A stretch of 56,445 nucleotides of DNA. Source: a virus. Taxonomy: Duplodnaviria; Caudoviricetes. The notes beneath the pieces were generated by a model. That model worked only from the letters and a program-made list of their open reading frames with translations, made no database searches and was not told where the DNA came from. Position numbers and translations under genes: made by a program. Location of the stretch: positions 1 through 56,445 of IMG/VR virus record IMGVR_UViG_3300046485_000109; one strand, 5' to 3'. Below, piece by piece: positions 1 through 8,950 of this stretch; the first letter of the stretch is position 1; the number at the start of each line of letters is the position of its first letter.

Positions 1-284
1 TATTGTTTTGAAGGTGAATATCTCCCATTATTACATTCACTTTTCACAAACATCATCATAAAAGCTTTAACCATTTTAGCTAACTTAAATTTGTCATCTT
101 TATAAATTTTAGTTAATAGCAGATGGCAAATAAAATGTTCTCTGGCAGAAAGTTTTACTAAATTATCTTTAGTATCTAAACCACCCAAAGATTTTGGAAT
201 TATATGATGGCTTTCTGTATATCCTTCAAATTTATTATTTGATCTAAAATTTATAATATCAAAATATATTTTTTCATAATTCAT
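1..284 (-). CDS. HNH homing endonuclease (Mob-like), runs off window edge
   Basis: Manual translation MNYEKIYFDII...YTESHHIIPKSLGGLDTKDNLVKLSAREHFICHLLL; HNH motif; late promoter TATAAATA at 311-318. Confidence 0.85.
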   Translation of the reverse strand, partial: MNYEKIYFDIINFRSNNKFEGYTESHHIIPKSLGGLDTKDNLVKLSAREHFICHLLLTKIYKDDKFKLAKMVKAFMMMFVKSECNNGRYSPSKQ

Positions 285-349
285 AAACTATTAATCTCTC
301 TATAAAATAGTATTTATAGAAGTTAATAGTTTTTAATAAAAAATTTTTG

Positions 350-422
350 CTCCGGGAACTGGTTACGATCCAGTCTCATCCGGTTAACAGCCGGAGGTGC
401 TCACCTAGAATACTATCCCGGA
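350..422 (-). tRNA. tRNA-Asn(GTT), no encoded CCA, atypical T-loop
   Basis: Acceptor TCCGGGA/TCCCGGA; anticodon arm TCCGG-CTGTTAA-CCGGA; T arm ACTGG-ATCGTAA-CCAGT. Confidence 0.85.
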
Positions 423-491
423 GCAAAAATCTCTTTCTTTAATCTAAAATTTTAAAAGAGCTAATAAAGTATTTATCTTTATTTATGTATC

Positions 492-523
492 TATTTTATC
501 ACACTTTTTTTGTGTGTGTAAAC
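492..523 (-). promoter_or_regulatory. sigma70-like early promoter upstream of tRNA-Asn
   Basis: TTTACA...GTGTGA-TAAAAT; near-identical copy at 941-971. Confidence 0.65.
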
Positions 524-529
524 ATGTAT

Positions 530-934
530 TTATACTTTTTGGAGTCTATCAAAAATGTCATCCATTGATAACATTATTCCGGTATCTTCATCTTTTACAT
601 GAGATGCATTTCGTTCGAACATCCACCATAGAAGCATTAGATCATCATAATTAGATGTTATCCATTTTTTAACTTGCTTAACATCTTCATTTGGAATTTT
701 TATCGTTTCTGGTTTAGATTTTTCTTTTGGTTCAGTATGATCTATTGATAGAACAAAATTATTATTTTCTCGCCATTTGCCTTTGATGTTAGAAACTTTA
801 ACACGAGGTCCATGTTGACCACCAATTCTTCCAATCCAGATAATGTAATTCAGACCAGTTTCATCAGGTCTAAGATTAGCCATTTCCGTTAATGGAAAAT
901 TTTCTACATCAGTACATATTTCAATTAATTTCAT
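530..934 (-). CDS. DUF4160-like phage protein, putative head-packaged protein
   Basis: EMANLRPDETGL..IWI...HGPRVKVSN; paralog of 19058-19438. Confidence 0.5.
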   Translation of the reverse strand: MKLIEICTDVENFPLTEMANLRPDETGLNYIIWIGRIGGQHGPRVKVSNIKGKWRENNNFVLSIDHTEPKEKSKPETIKIPNEDVKQVKKWITSNYDDLMLLWWMFERNASHVKDEDTGIMLSMDDIFDRLQKV

Positions 935-972
935 TTATTTATTCTATCACACTTTTTTGAGTGTGTAAGCAT

Positions 973-1164
973 TTATTTATAGTATTCTTGAAATTCTTTT
1001 TTGTAGTATTTCCAAGCATCTTTTGGGTTGCTAACAATACTAAATAAAACTGCAACTACTAACATTGGAAATACTAAAACCTTGATCCACAATGGTTCAC
1101 GTTTACTTGAATGTTTATTGCCTAATTGTTGATATAAAACCGGATTATAAAATAACCAAATCAT
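973..1164 (-). CDS. small membrane protein
   Basis: One hydrophobic segment; overlaps neighbouring ORF in operon. Confidence 0.55.
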   Translation of the reverse strand: MIWLFYNPVLYQQLGNKHSSKREPLWIKVLVFPMLVVAVLFSIVSNPKDAWKYYKKEFQEYYK

Positions 1165-1361
1165 TTCTCAATTCCTTTAGTTGAACAGAAAACATTACCA
1201 GTTTCATCGATTGTATACGAAATGAAACCTTGGTTATAACAGAACATTGAGGCATGATCTGTTATAATCAGTCCAGGACTAAAAAGTGCAAACCACATAA
1301 GAGAACATAGAATACAACCAATTATAAACCATACCAGGTTAAACCAAAATATATTTTTCAT
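1161..1361 (-). CDS. small membrane protein
   Basis: N-terminal TM segment plus Cys pair; ATGA coupling to panD. Confidence 0.55.
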   Translation of the reverse strand: MKNIFWFNLVWFIIGCILCSLMWFALFSPGLIITDHASMFCYNQGFISYTIDETGNVFCSTKGIEK

Positions 1362-1702
1362 TGTTCAATAGCCTCGTTTTTATCATTTACAAAAACAACT
1401 TTAGGTACATAAGAACTATCAGATTCAATCATGCCGTAAGTACAAATGATAATAAGATCACCTGGTATTCCAAGACGAGCTGCAGAGCCATTTAATGCTA
1501 TCATGCCTTTAATAGAAGAAGGAATAGCATAAGTTGTAAAGCGTTCACCATTATTTACATTGTAAATTTGGATTTGTTCATTAGGAACAATACCTGCCTT
1601 TTCCATTAGTTCACGATCTATAGAGCACGAACCGTGATAGTTAATATTGGCTTCCATTATAGTAGCTCGATGAATCTTGGATTTCAATACTGTTATGAGC
1701 AT
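1358..1702 (-). CDS. panD: aspartate 1-decarboxylase
   Basis: KSKIHRAT...NYHG/SCSID self-cleavage site, RFTTYAI, NGSAAR motifs. Confidence 0.95.
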   Translation of the reverse strand: MLITVLKSKIHRATIMEANINYHGSCSIDRELMEKAGIVPNEQIQIYNVNNGERFTTYAIPSSIKGMIALNGSAARLGIPGDLIIICTYGMIESDSSYVPKVVFVNDKNEAIEQ

Positions 1703-1716
1703 ATAATTATCTCGGA

Positions 1717-2028
1717 TTAACTAAATTTAAAATTTGATTCATGGCTGTTGGCAAAACTTGGGCTATTATATCGTACCTTCCATCCAAAATTTTCAAAAAT
1801 TGGTTCTATATCTAACCACTTATAATCAAAATCTTTACTTTCAATAAACAATTTGGCAATTATTAAATCTTCAACCTCATTACATTTAACAATCGCAATA
1901 CCATCACTGTTAATATTTTTAATAATCAATTCATTAAAGGCTTCAATAACTTCCGGTGGCATTGAAGTTTGTTTACTTTGACATACTTGTTGTTTTGTAA
2001 TCGGTTGAACAGTTTCTACTTCCATCAT
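1717..2028 (-). CDS. hypothetical phage protein
   Basis: ORF with GAGG SD; WLDIE..F...GWKV.Y motif common in phages. Confidence 0.6.
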   Translation of the reverse strand: MMEVETVQPITKQQVCQSKQTSMPPEVIEAFNELIIKNINSDGIAIVKCNEVEDLIIAKLFIESKDFDYKWLDIEPIFENFGWKVRYNSPSFANSHESNFKFS

Positions 2029-2048
2029 TTAATCCTCTAAAGTTAAAA

Positions 2049-2118
2049 TAAGTTAGAACAAAAAACATTTATGGGGATAATCTTAACAGGATAACCCATT
2101 AATAACGGTTCTAACTTA
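2049..2118 (-). ncRNA. minimal Y-RNA/stem-bulge-like RNA (copy 1)
   Basis: TAAGTTAGAAC-CG...ATGGG-TTATC...CCCAT...TTTTTT-GTTCTAACTTA; extended -10 TGATATAAT (TATAAT at 2124-2129) places the start at the stem. Confidence 0.7.
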
Positions 2119-2129
2119 AATTCATTATA

Positions 2130-2594
2130 TCATACTTTCCAGTATTCTACGTATGATTTTATATCTTTTAAATTGTTAAAAGCCAAATCATGAGAAATAT
2201 TTTTTATTATTTCACTAATTGCAAAATAAACATGTTCATTATCTCTAATTGCAGTTAGTTGATGATAATTAGTTAGATCTTTAACCCATTCTGAAATATC
2301 ATGTTCTGAAGTAAAATGATCTAAAAACATCCATTGATAATAATCTCGTTCTTTTGGGAATTTATTCCCTTTAAATTTTAGAGGTTTTATTTGTCTAATC
2401 CATGAAGAAATATCTCTAATATGTTTATCATAATTTAATTCATCTTCCCATTTAAGAACTTTTATTAAATGTTCAATAATTGGAACAGAAAGACTTGTTA
2501 TTTTACTTTCAACATCTCGTTTAGAGAATGCCATTTCATATAATCTATCAGAAACTGCTTCTCCTAATTCTTCAAATAATTCTCTAATCTTCAT
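2130..2594 (-). CDS. DUF29-like protein with MKIRELFE leader
   Basis: IIEHLIKVLKW...W..QI resembles DUF29. Confidence 0.5.
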   Translation of the reverse strand: MKIRELFEELGEAVSDRLYEMAFSKRDVESKITSLSVPIIEHLIKVLKWEDELNYDKHIRDISSWIRQIKPLKFKGNKFPKERDYYQWMFLDHFTSEHDISEWVKDLTNYHQLTAIRDNEHVYFAISEIIKNISHDLAFNNLKDIKSYVEYWKV

Positions 2595-2596
2595 TT

Positions 2597-2812
2597 TTAC
2601 TCTGCTTCTGGTTCTTGAGTACCTTTTGCGGGTTTAGCTTCTTTACCGACATTAGAATACTTAGCATGATGAGCGGCTTCTCGAATCGCCGTAATCATCA
2701 GCTTACGCCAAACTTTATCAGGTGATGCACTGACATGTTTTGGAATTTTAACTTTCAGTTGTGGTTTAGCTTTTTTTACTTTCTCTACAACTGCTGGTTT
2801 TTTTGCTGCCAT
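2597..2812 (-). CDS. basic hypothetical protein
   Basis: ORF with AAGGT SD. Confidence 0.6.
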   Translation of the reverse strand: MAAKKPAVVEKVKKAKPQLKVKIPKHVSASPDKVWRKLMITAIREAAHHAKYSNVGKEAKPAKGTQEPEAE

Positions 2813-3228
2813 TTTATTTTACCTTAGGTGTTATTAAAAATTTTAGTGTCTTGAAAAGCAATATCTGTTAAAAGTTGGTTCGCCAATTATATTAAGTCGC
2901 ATCAAAATATAAAGCACTTGAAAAATTAAATGAAATTTAATGTTTTTATATAGAGATTTAATATCATTATACATTTCTGAAATCAATTTTTCAGTTGCAG
3001 TTTTATGTGGTATGCCAGCAACTTTACAGAATATTTTTTGTTCTGATTCATTTGTCGTAAAGATAACAATTAATTTAGTTGACCAACGATTGTACCATGG
3101 TTTTTTGCTATCCAAATAACTTTGAGTTACTCAGGTTGCTTCATTTTTAGGTATTTTAGTTTCAATACTATTATCGCCAATAATATCTTCTTCAAATTTT
3201 GGGCAGGCACTCATATAATTATCTCCAA

Positions 3229-3414
3229 TTAACCCAATAAAATTTGTTCATTCAATATTGGTTGTAAATTTCCAGGTCTAAATTTTGCTTCTTTCAGATC
3301 AGTCCCTTCGAACCATTGAACTTTTACAAGATCATTATCATAATCTATTTTAGAAACAGTCATTTTAGGACCGCCCGTTTTTAACTGTACTACAGTTCCT
3401 ATACTAATACTCAT
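3229..3414 (-). CDS. DUF2158/YodC family protein
   Basis: GTVVQLKTGGPKMTV...VQWF motif. Confidence 0.85.
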   Translation of the reverse strand: MSISIGTVVQLKTGGPKMTVSKIDYDNDLVKVQWFEGTDLKEAKFRPGNLQPILNEQILLG

Positions 3415-3602
3415 TTATTTTTACTCCTTTGGATTATTCTTACAAAAGGGACAAGGGTCTCTATTGTTTTTAATTTCTATAACTCGTTTTTCATAAGCGC
3501 TATATTCATCAGCACTCACAAATTTTGGATATTCTGGTGTCATCGGAAGAAAACGAATAATCGCATCTTTTGGAAAGCCTTTATTTAAATAATCGGTTGT
3601 CA

Positions 3603-4166
3603 TCATTTCCATTGGTGTTCTCGTTTAGATTGTCGTTTCCAGCATTTTTCTTGATGTGAACATTTCTCTCTATCCCAACTATCAGGTGGAACAGCTTTAC
3701 GACGGTATGAGATTATTATATCATAGTCTTCAGCTTCTGGAAACAAATAATCTTCGCGATTAGAACGAAACGTAGTAATCGGATGATAATGTCCCCATGC
3801 ACTTTTCTTTCTTCCATGTCTTTTTTGATGTATCCAAGCACTACCTTTTTTCTTTTGTGCTTTACGGTATTCATGTGCTTTCCATGCCAGTGCATCAATA
3901 GAATACCAGTTTCCATCTTGATCGTATACAGCAAAATGACTAACTGGAATTCTTTGCCATGCATAAGCAGAATATCTGCTTGACATATCTACAGAATGCC
4001 AGATATCATCCCAGTCGCCAAAACGATCTGATAATTTATATGTCGTGAAGTAGTTAAAAAAACTATTCCATGTATCAAAATAAAAATATCTTAATTTTCT
4101 ACTTACATAACATAACCCATCATCTACATAATAAACATAGATACCAGGTACATTTTGAATTTTCAT
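3603..4166 (-). CDS. hypothetical protein with basic C-terminal WD...CWKRQSKR..QWK motif
   Basis: ORF with AGGAG SD. Confidence 0.65.
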   Translation of the reverse strand: MKIQNVPGIYVYYVDDGLCYVSRKLRYFYFDTWNSFFNYFTTYKLSDRFGDWDDIWHSVDMSSRYSAYAWQRIPVSHFAVYDQDGNWYSIDALAWKAHEYRKAQKKKGSAWIHQKRHGRKKSAWGHYHPITTFRSNREDYLFPEAEDYDIIISYRRKAVPPDSWDREKCSHQEKCWKRQSKREHQWK

Positions 4167-4193
4167 TGTTGTCTCCTACTAAGTTAAAATAAC

Positions 4194-4232
4194 CTAGTGG
4201 AAACCTTCATTTTTATTATGAAGAATTGACAT
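4194..4232 (-). CDS. 12-aa upstream ORF (MSILHNKNEGFH)
   Basis: AGGA SD; stop lies inside a hairpin abutting the next SD. Confidence 0.4.
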   Translation of the reverse strand: MSILHNKNEGFH

Positions 4233-4307
4233 AATTTAATTCCTATAATAGTTCTAATATAATCCACATTATTGTAGTTAATATAAAAACAAAAAATGCT
4301 GGAGACA

Positions 4308-4523
4308 TTATGGATAACCCCAACGATGAAGTGCTTCCATTGCTTTTAATTCTGGAACAACTTGATTGCTATATTGACCTGAAGTAGCATGAGCAATCAC
4401 TCTAAGAGCACACCAATAAACTAATCTTTCCGGTAATAACCATGCAATTTTAATTACCATTTTTTCAAATACTCTACTGATTTCATGTTCAGTAGAAAGT
4501 TTTAAGTATGCTACATCTATCAT
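4308..4523 (-). CDS. hypothetical phage protein
   Basis: IAWLLPERLVYWCA.RV.AHAT motif. Confidence 0.6.
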   Translation of the reverse strand: MIDVAYLKLSTEHEISRVFEKMVIKIAWLLPERLVYWCALRVIAHATSGQYSNQVVPELKAMEALHRWGYP

Positions 4524-4557
4524 TTATCTTACCTTTATTTTTAACCTGATACGATAT

Positions 4558-4800
4558 TTATTCGTAAAAAGTGTTAGCTATTTTATAACCGCAAACGTCG
4601 GCAGCATTTACTTTACAGCCAACACTATTTTCTTCAGCAACGATTTCACAAATATTAATACATTGTTCAACAACGAGAGCAATTAGTTTTTCTGGATTTA
4701 TTTCGTTATAAGAAAAATCACCAATATACTTATGGTTTTTAGTAACCAGTTCTAAAGATTGTTTAATTAGTTCTTGTACTTTTTCGTCTTGTAATTTCAT
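4558..4800 (-). CDS. hypothetical protein
   Basis: GAGG SD; early promoter upstream. Confidence 0.6.
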   Translation of the reverse strand: MKLQDEKVQELIKQSLELVTKNHKYIGDFSYNEINPEKLIALVVEQCINICEIVAEENSVGCKVNAADVCGYKIANTFYE

Positions 4801-4827
4801 TTCTCATTCCTCATCAAACTTTAGACT

Positions 4828-4880
4828 ATCATATCACACTTTTAAAATTTGTACACAACTATTAGTGAGAACTAGTTATA
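4828..4880 (-). promoter_or_regulatory. early promoter with upstream AACTAGTT box
   Basis: TGTACA...TGATATGAT; box at 4870-4877. Confidence 0.65.
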
Positions 4881-5181
4881 ATTTATTCCGAAATTCTTTT
4901 AGTTTATTAAGATACATTTGTTCAAATGCATTTTTATCTGTTTCGGTATTAAACCAAAATATATAATGAAATCCTCCACCTCCATAACAACTTTTTTGAG
5001 CTAACATATCTTCAATAAAGTAAAAAGCATTATTTACAGTAATTGGATATTCACATTCTTTAATATACGAATGTATTTCATTCCAGAAAGTAAACTCAAT
5101 TTCATTGAAAAGATCTGGGCGATATGTATTATATGAAAATTCTTGAGATGTTTTATCTATCATTTTAATTCTATTTGCCAA
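4876..5181 (-). CDS. hypothetical protein
   Basis: ORF track; operon context. Confidence 0.5.
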   Translation of the reverse strand: MANRIKMIDKTSQEFSYNTYRPDLFNEIEFTFWNEIHSYIKECEYPITVNNAFYFIEDMLAQKSCYGGGGFHYIFWFNTETDKNAFEQMYLNKLKEFRNKL

Positions 5182-5366
5182 TCAGATTTTCTGAAAATTT
5201 CTGTTACTAGAATATTATAAATCAAAACGGATGCTATAAAAATGACAGCCAGAATTATTAAAACATTTTCATAAATGTTATTAACAGATAATTTAACTTT
5301 TTCTATTGGCGGCTTTGGTTTAATACCGGCCAGTTTCACTAAGTTTTTTCTTTGTGATTCATTCAT
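5160..5366 (-). CDS. small membrane protein
   Basis: One TM segment. Confidence 0.5.
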   Translation of the reverse strand: MNESQRKNLVKLAGIKPKPPIEKVKLSVNNIYENVLIILAVIFIASVLIYNILVTEIFRKSDWQIELK

Positions 5367-5553
5367 TTATCTAGTCTCATTGGATAATAATGAAATTTAT
5401 CATGTTGCATAATAAAATCTATTTTTCAAAAAGTATAATATTTTATCTGAAAAAAGATAAAAAATACCTTCTAAAAATATCAGAATATAAAATAACCCTA
5501 CAAGTATATAAGTTAGTATTTCCACAAAGATTGTTTTTAATAGTTCTTTCATA

Positions 5554-6198
5554 TTATTTTCTCAGTAAATCTTTTAATGTATTAGCAACAGTTTTCCAGT
5601 CATTTTGTAAATCTTCTGGAGATTTGAAATTTTCTTCTCGTTCTCTTAATCTTTTAATTTGACTAAGTGCTCTCCATAAATGATAATCATCACCTTGAGT
5701 AAGAACTTTATAGATATAATCCCACAGACGTTCATACCAAGATTTACGGAAATACCTGTCACGTAATGACCAAATTAAACCTGCATTTTCAGTCATTGGT
5801 TGAACACCAGCAAGTTCAGACGCAATCAAATTTGGAACGATTTTACGTATCATTGGCAACATAACTTTAGTGTATTCATCATGCGATTTTTTTACAGTTG
5901 CTGATCGTGTAAGAATTAGATAATCTCTATAACCATCAAGGTTGTTTTTTATTTTATACGCAGCTTGTCGTTCTTGAAAGAGTTGTCTTAATAGACTTTC
6001 ATATTTTGGATGTTTCCATTTTAGAGCAAACTTAATACCATACAATAGAACTATCTGGGAACCTTGTACATAATAAACTTGTTCATGAATACAACGTACC
6101 CAACTATCTTCATCGACAAACCAGCCAATGTTTACACCTTCTCGATGAATTTCATTACCGGCTTTATCAAAATGCACTACGACTGATGGTAAACTCAT
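5554..6198 (-). CDS. protein containing a gp23 major-capsid (Gol-region) fragment
   Basis: VMLPMIRKIVPNLIASELAGVQPMTENAGLIWSLR resembles T4 gp23 VMGMVRRAIPNLIAFDICGVQPMNSPTG. Confidence 0.7.
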   Translation of the reverse strand: MSLPSVVVHFDKAGNEIHREGVNIGWFVDEDSWVRCIHEQVYYVQGSQIVLLYGIKFALKWKHPKYESLLRQLFQERQAAYKIKNNLDGYRDYLILTRSATVKKSHDEYTKVMLPMIRKIVPNLIASELAGVQPMTENAGLIWSLRDRYFRKSWYERLWDYIYKVLTQGDDYHLWRALSQIKRLREREENFKSPEDLQNDWKTVANTLKDLLRK

Positions 6199-6305
6199 TT
6201 TGATCCCAATACTGAAATAGCAGTCATATAATTATAAAGAGCTTTTTCATAACCATCAAAATCACCATATTCTTTCCAGCATTGAATTGCTAAGTCATCT
6301 ATTTT

Positions 6306-6581
6306 TTATTCATCTGAATACCTTATTAGTTCATTTTGTTTACGCCAATTTTGAATAGAAGACATTGGCCATTTTCGTTGTTTTCTAATCATGTTAAAAC
6401 TTTTTAATGATTTATTAGTATAGAATTTTTCTTTACTATTCAACCAGGACAATCTCAAATTATCCTCTAATTCTAATTTGAAAGTAAAATACTTTTTATT
6501 AAAGTGTTTATTAGAGAAACGATACTTTGGTTTTAAAAAACCTTTAAAGTAGTTTCGTCTTTTAAAAGATTTCCATTTCAT
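6306..6581 (-). CDS. basic hypothetical protein
   Basis: ATGA-coupled to upstream ORF. Confidence 0.45.
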   Translation of the reverse strand: MKWKSFKRRNYFKGFLKPKYRFSNKHFNKKYFTFKLELEDNLRLSWLNSKEKFYTNKSLKSFNMIRKQRKWPMSSIQNWRKQNELIRYSDE

Positions 6582-7021
6582 TGATCTTCAGTCCAATAAA
6601 GTCCACAATCAGGACATTGACATTGATACCAATACCTATCAGCACTTGGATCATAATTGCCAGTATTACAACACGCGAGTTTAGTTGAATTAGGATGCGT
6701 ACATACAGTGTTTTGTAAGTAATCAAGTTCACAATCTAACTTTCTTTGTTCTTCATCTAGCCGCGCTTTTTCGGCTTGAATATCAGTAATTACTCGAGCA
6801 GGTACAACCTCTATCCATCCAATCACTCCACCCCAAATAACAGAATTATCTGTTATCTCAAGAGGAAATACACCAGAAGTGAACGTAAGGGTTTCTTTTA
6901 TCCAGGATAATAGTTCCTCTTCATCTTTGAAGAAAATGTCACTGATAACACACTGTTCATCAGAAACATATCCAGAAGTACCTATCCAGCATTGTAGTTT
7001 TCTTCTTTTAAATTTAATCAT
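6578..7021 (-). CDS. hypothetical protein with C-terminal Zn-ribbon
   Basis: CTH...YDPSADRYW...CPDCG. Confidence 0.65.
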   Translation of the reverse strand: MIKFKRRKLQCWIGTSGYVSDEQCVISDIFFKDEEELLSWIKETLTFTSGVFPLEITDNSVIWGGVIGWIEVVPARVITDIQAEKARLDEEQRKLDCELDYLQNTVCTHPNSTKLACCNTGNYDPSADRYWYQCQCPDCGLYWTEDQ

Positions 7022-7172
7022 CTTTCATTAGCTCCAGCATATATTCAAGACACTTGCCGCAATATTCACCAAGATGTAATCGAGACTGGATTTCTTCTAA
7101 GGTTTGACCTTCATCTAAACAAGCTTGAATTTCTTTTAACGAAATATTATTACAGACACATATTATCATAAT

Positions 7173-7523
7173 TTAAACTCGATGAACATAGACTTTTAGT
7201 CCTTTTTTAGTTGCATAATCAATCATATTTTTAGTACCTCTGGATTGACCATCCCAAATAGCTATCAATGCGCCTTCATCCCCTGCATAATCAGCCATTT
7301 GACAGTTACGAATATGACCGGCAGCTTTACCGTGTTTATTCCAATCGGCTGGGAATTCTTTAATGGGGATACCAAATTCATTAGCGAAGCGTTCTCCTAG
7401 AGAATCAGCACCGCGTGCTTTGCCGGATACAACTTCAGTTATGTCAAAATCAGAAAATAAAATAGCTCGACATACTTCTTCGTAATCTGTTATTTCACGT
7501 CCACCAGCGATTATGGTTCGCAT
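7173..7523 (-). CDS. DUF2493/YspA SLOG-family protein
   Basis: IIAGGR, VVSGKARGAD, ADW.KHGKAAG.IRN, WDGQSRGT motifs. Confidence 0.9.
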   Translation of the reverse strand: MRTIIAGGREITDYEEVCRAILFSDFDITEVVSGKARGADSLGERFANEFGIPIKEFPADWNKHGKAAGHIRNCQMADYAGDEGALIAIWDGQSRGTKNMIDYATKKGLKVYVHRV

Positions 7524-7593
7524 GAGAAAAGTTCTCTCTCTATTAAGATATTAAAAATTATATCCTAACAGAGAGGGAAAAGACATAAGTTTG

Positions 7594-8178
7594 TTACTTA
7601 ATGTTTGAAATGAGTGCTTTGACTTCTGCTAATTCGGAATCATATGATTTGCCCCAATTTTTAGCAGCTTTTAATGCTTGTTTAGCGATTTCTTTAATTT
7701 TTTTGCCCCAATCTTTTAGACCTTCTTTAAGAGCAGTTCTAAGAGCAGGTGATTTTTCAGCAACCGTAATTTTAGTATGTTCTTCAACTAGCAATTTTAC
7801 TTGTTCTTCTAGATCAGGAACTAAAGCAACTAATTTTTCTAAAATTAAAGCATAATCTACTTTTTCTGTTCTAACAGATTGTTTTTTAGACAAAGTTAAA
7901 GTAGCTGAAATAGTATCAACAACGCGAGTTAATACTTCATCATCAGCATTGAATAAATCTTCAACTTCTTCTTTAATATCTGCATTTAACAAAGATTGTT
8001 GTTCTTGTAATTTTTCAACAGCTTTTTGTAATTTTTTATAACGAAAAATCAAACGTGTAAATTTACCGGATTGATTCCCTTGAAGAGACAAAATAACTCG
8101 ATCTAATTGACCTTTTACTTTTTTCTCTTCATACTCTAATTCTTCTCTTCGACCTTCAAATAATTCTGATAATAGCAT
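7594..8178 (-). CDS. coiled-coil late protein with MLLSELFE leader
   Basis: Late promoter at 8199-8206; AAGGAG SD. Confidence 0.7.
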   Translation of the reverse strand: MLLSELFEGRREELEYEEKKVKGQLDRVILSLQGNQSGKFTRLIFRYKKLQKAVEKLQEQQSLLNADIKEEVEDLFNADDEVLTRVVDTISATLTLSKKQSVRTEKVDYALILEKLVALVPDLEEQVKLLVEEHTKITVAEKSPALRTALKEGLKDWGKKIKEIAKQALKAAKNWGKSYDSELAEVKALISNIK

Positions 8179-8226
8179 AATTGTCTCCTTTAAATTATTA
8201 TTTATAGGAGGCTTTAATTGCTCTCT

Positions 8227-8801
8227 TTAAATAATAGGAATATCTCGACCTAATAATGTAAACCCTTCGATAACAGGTGGAACAACATGAGAGAACGCAT
8301 TACTACCAATAGCTTTAAGGTGTTCCCTAATTTCCATATGTAACTGTCCAAGCATGTTCTCTCCGGTCAATAGAGTAGGATCGTCTTTATGAAATTTTGC
8401 ACCCCAAAAATCATCTTTTTTAGAAATTTCAACAATTTCTTTATCACCAGTTTCTAGTAAAAGATCACGATATTCTACATGATTTTTAGCTTTGAGTTGA
8501 AGACACCATAACATAATATCAACTTTATTGTCTTCGAAAAAATCAATAGTTTCATTAGCACGACGACCATCTTTTTTTGCTACCATTTTTGCGCCCATAC
8601 CTGCTTTCTGATCCAAAATTTCTTTTTGATACTCGGGTTTATGAGGGAATCGCATTGCTTGATACAAATTTTCTGATGAATAAATCATTACATCTGGAAA
8701 AACTCTAAACTTAAATCCACCTGCCATATTACTAAATCCACCCCCCATTTTTCAGCAACTTTTGAAAAAGCGCAAACATCTGACAAAATATAAGTTTTCA
8801 T
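8227..8801 (-). pseudogene. NADAR (YbiA-like) protein with frameshift at a G6 tract
   Basis: GGFSNM, SENLYQAMRF, IVEIS..DDFWGA, GENMLG motifs; upstream MKTYILSDVCAFSKVAEKW is in another frame across 8741-8746. Confidence 0.8.
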
Positions 8802-8884
8802 ATCATTTTCCCCATTTAATTTTTACTATAAGGTTTATATTAAACTATTTTTTGATAAATGTATACAGTCAAACTTTAGAGTAC

Positions 8885-8919
8885 AAAAAAGGAGAGAACC
8901 TTTCGATTCTCTCCTTTTT
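8885..8919. terminator. intrinsic terminator, probably bidirectional
   Basis: AAAAAAGGAGAGAA...TTCTCTCCTTTTT. Confidence 0.75.
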
Positions 8920-8950
8920 CTTTAACGAGTAAGTTTTTTAATACTTACTT

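Noticed and set aside
2843-6313. Stop-codon reassignment suggested by in-frame TGA (near 3131) and TAA (6306)
   Set aside because: Two different codons, no suppressor tRNA seen, and long core genes read intact in the standard code; more likely local nonsense changes.
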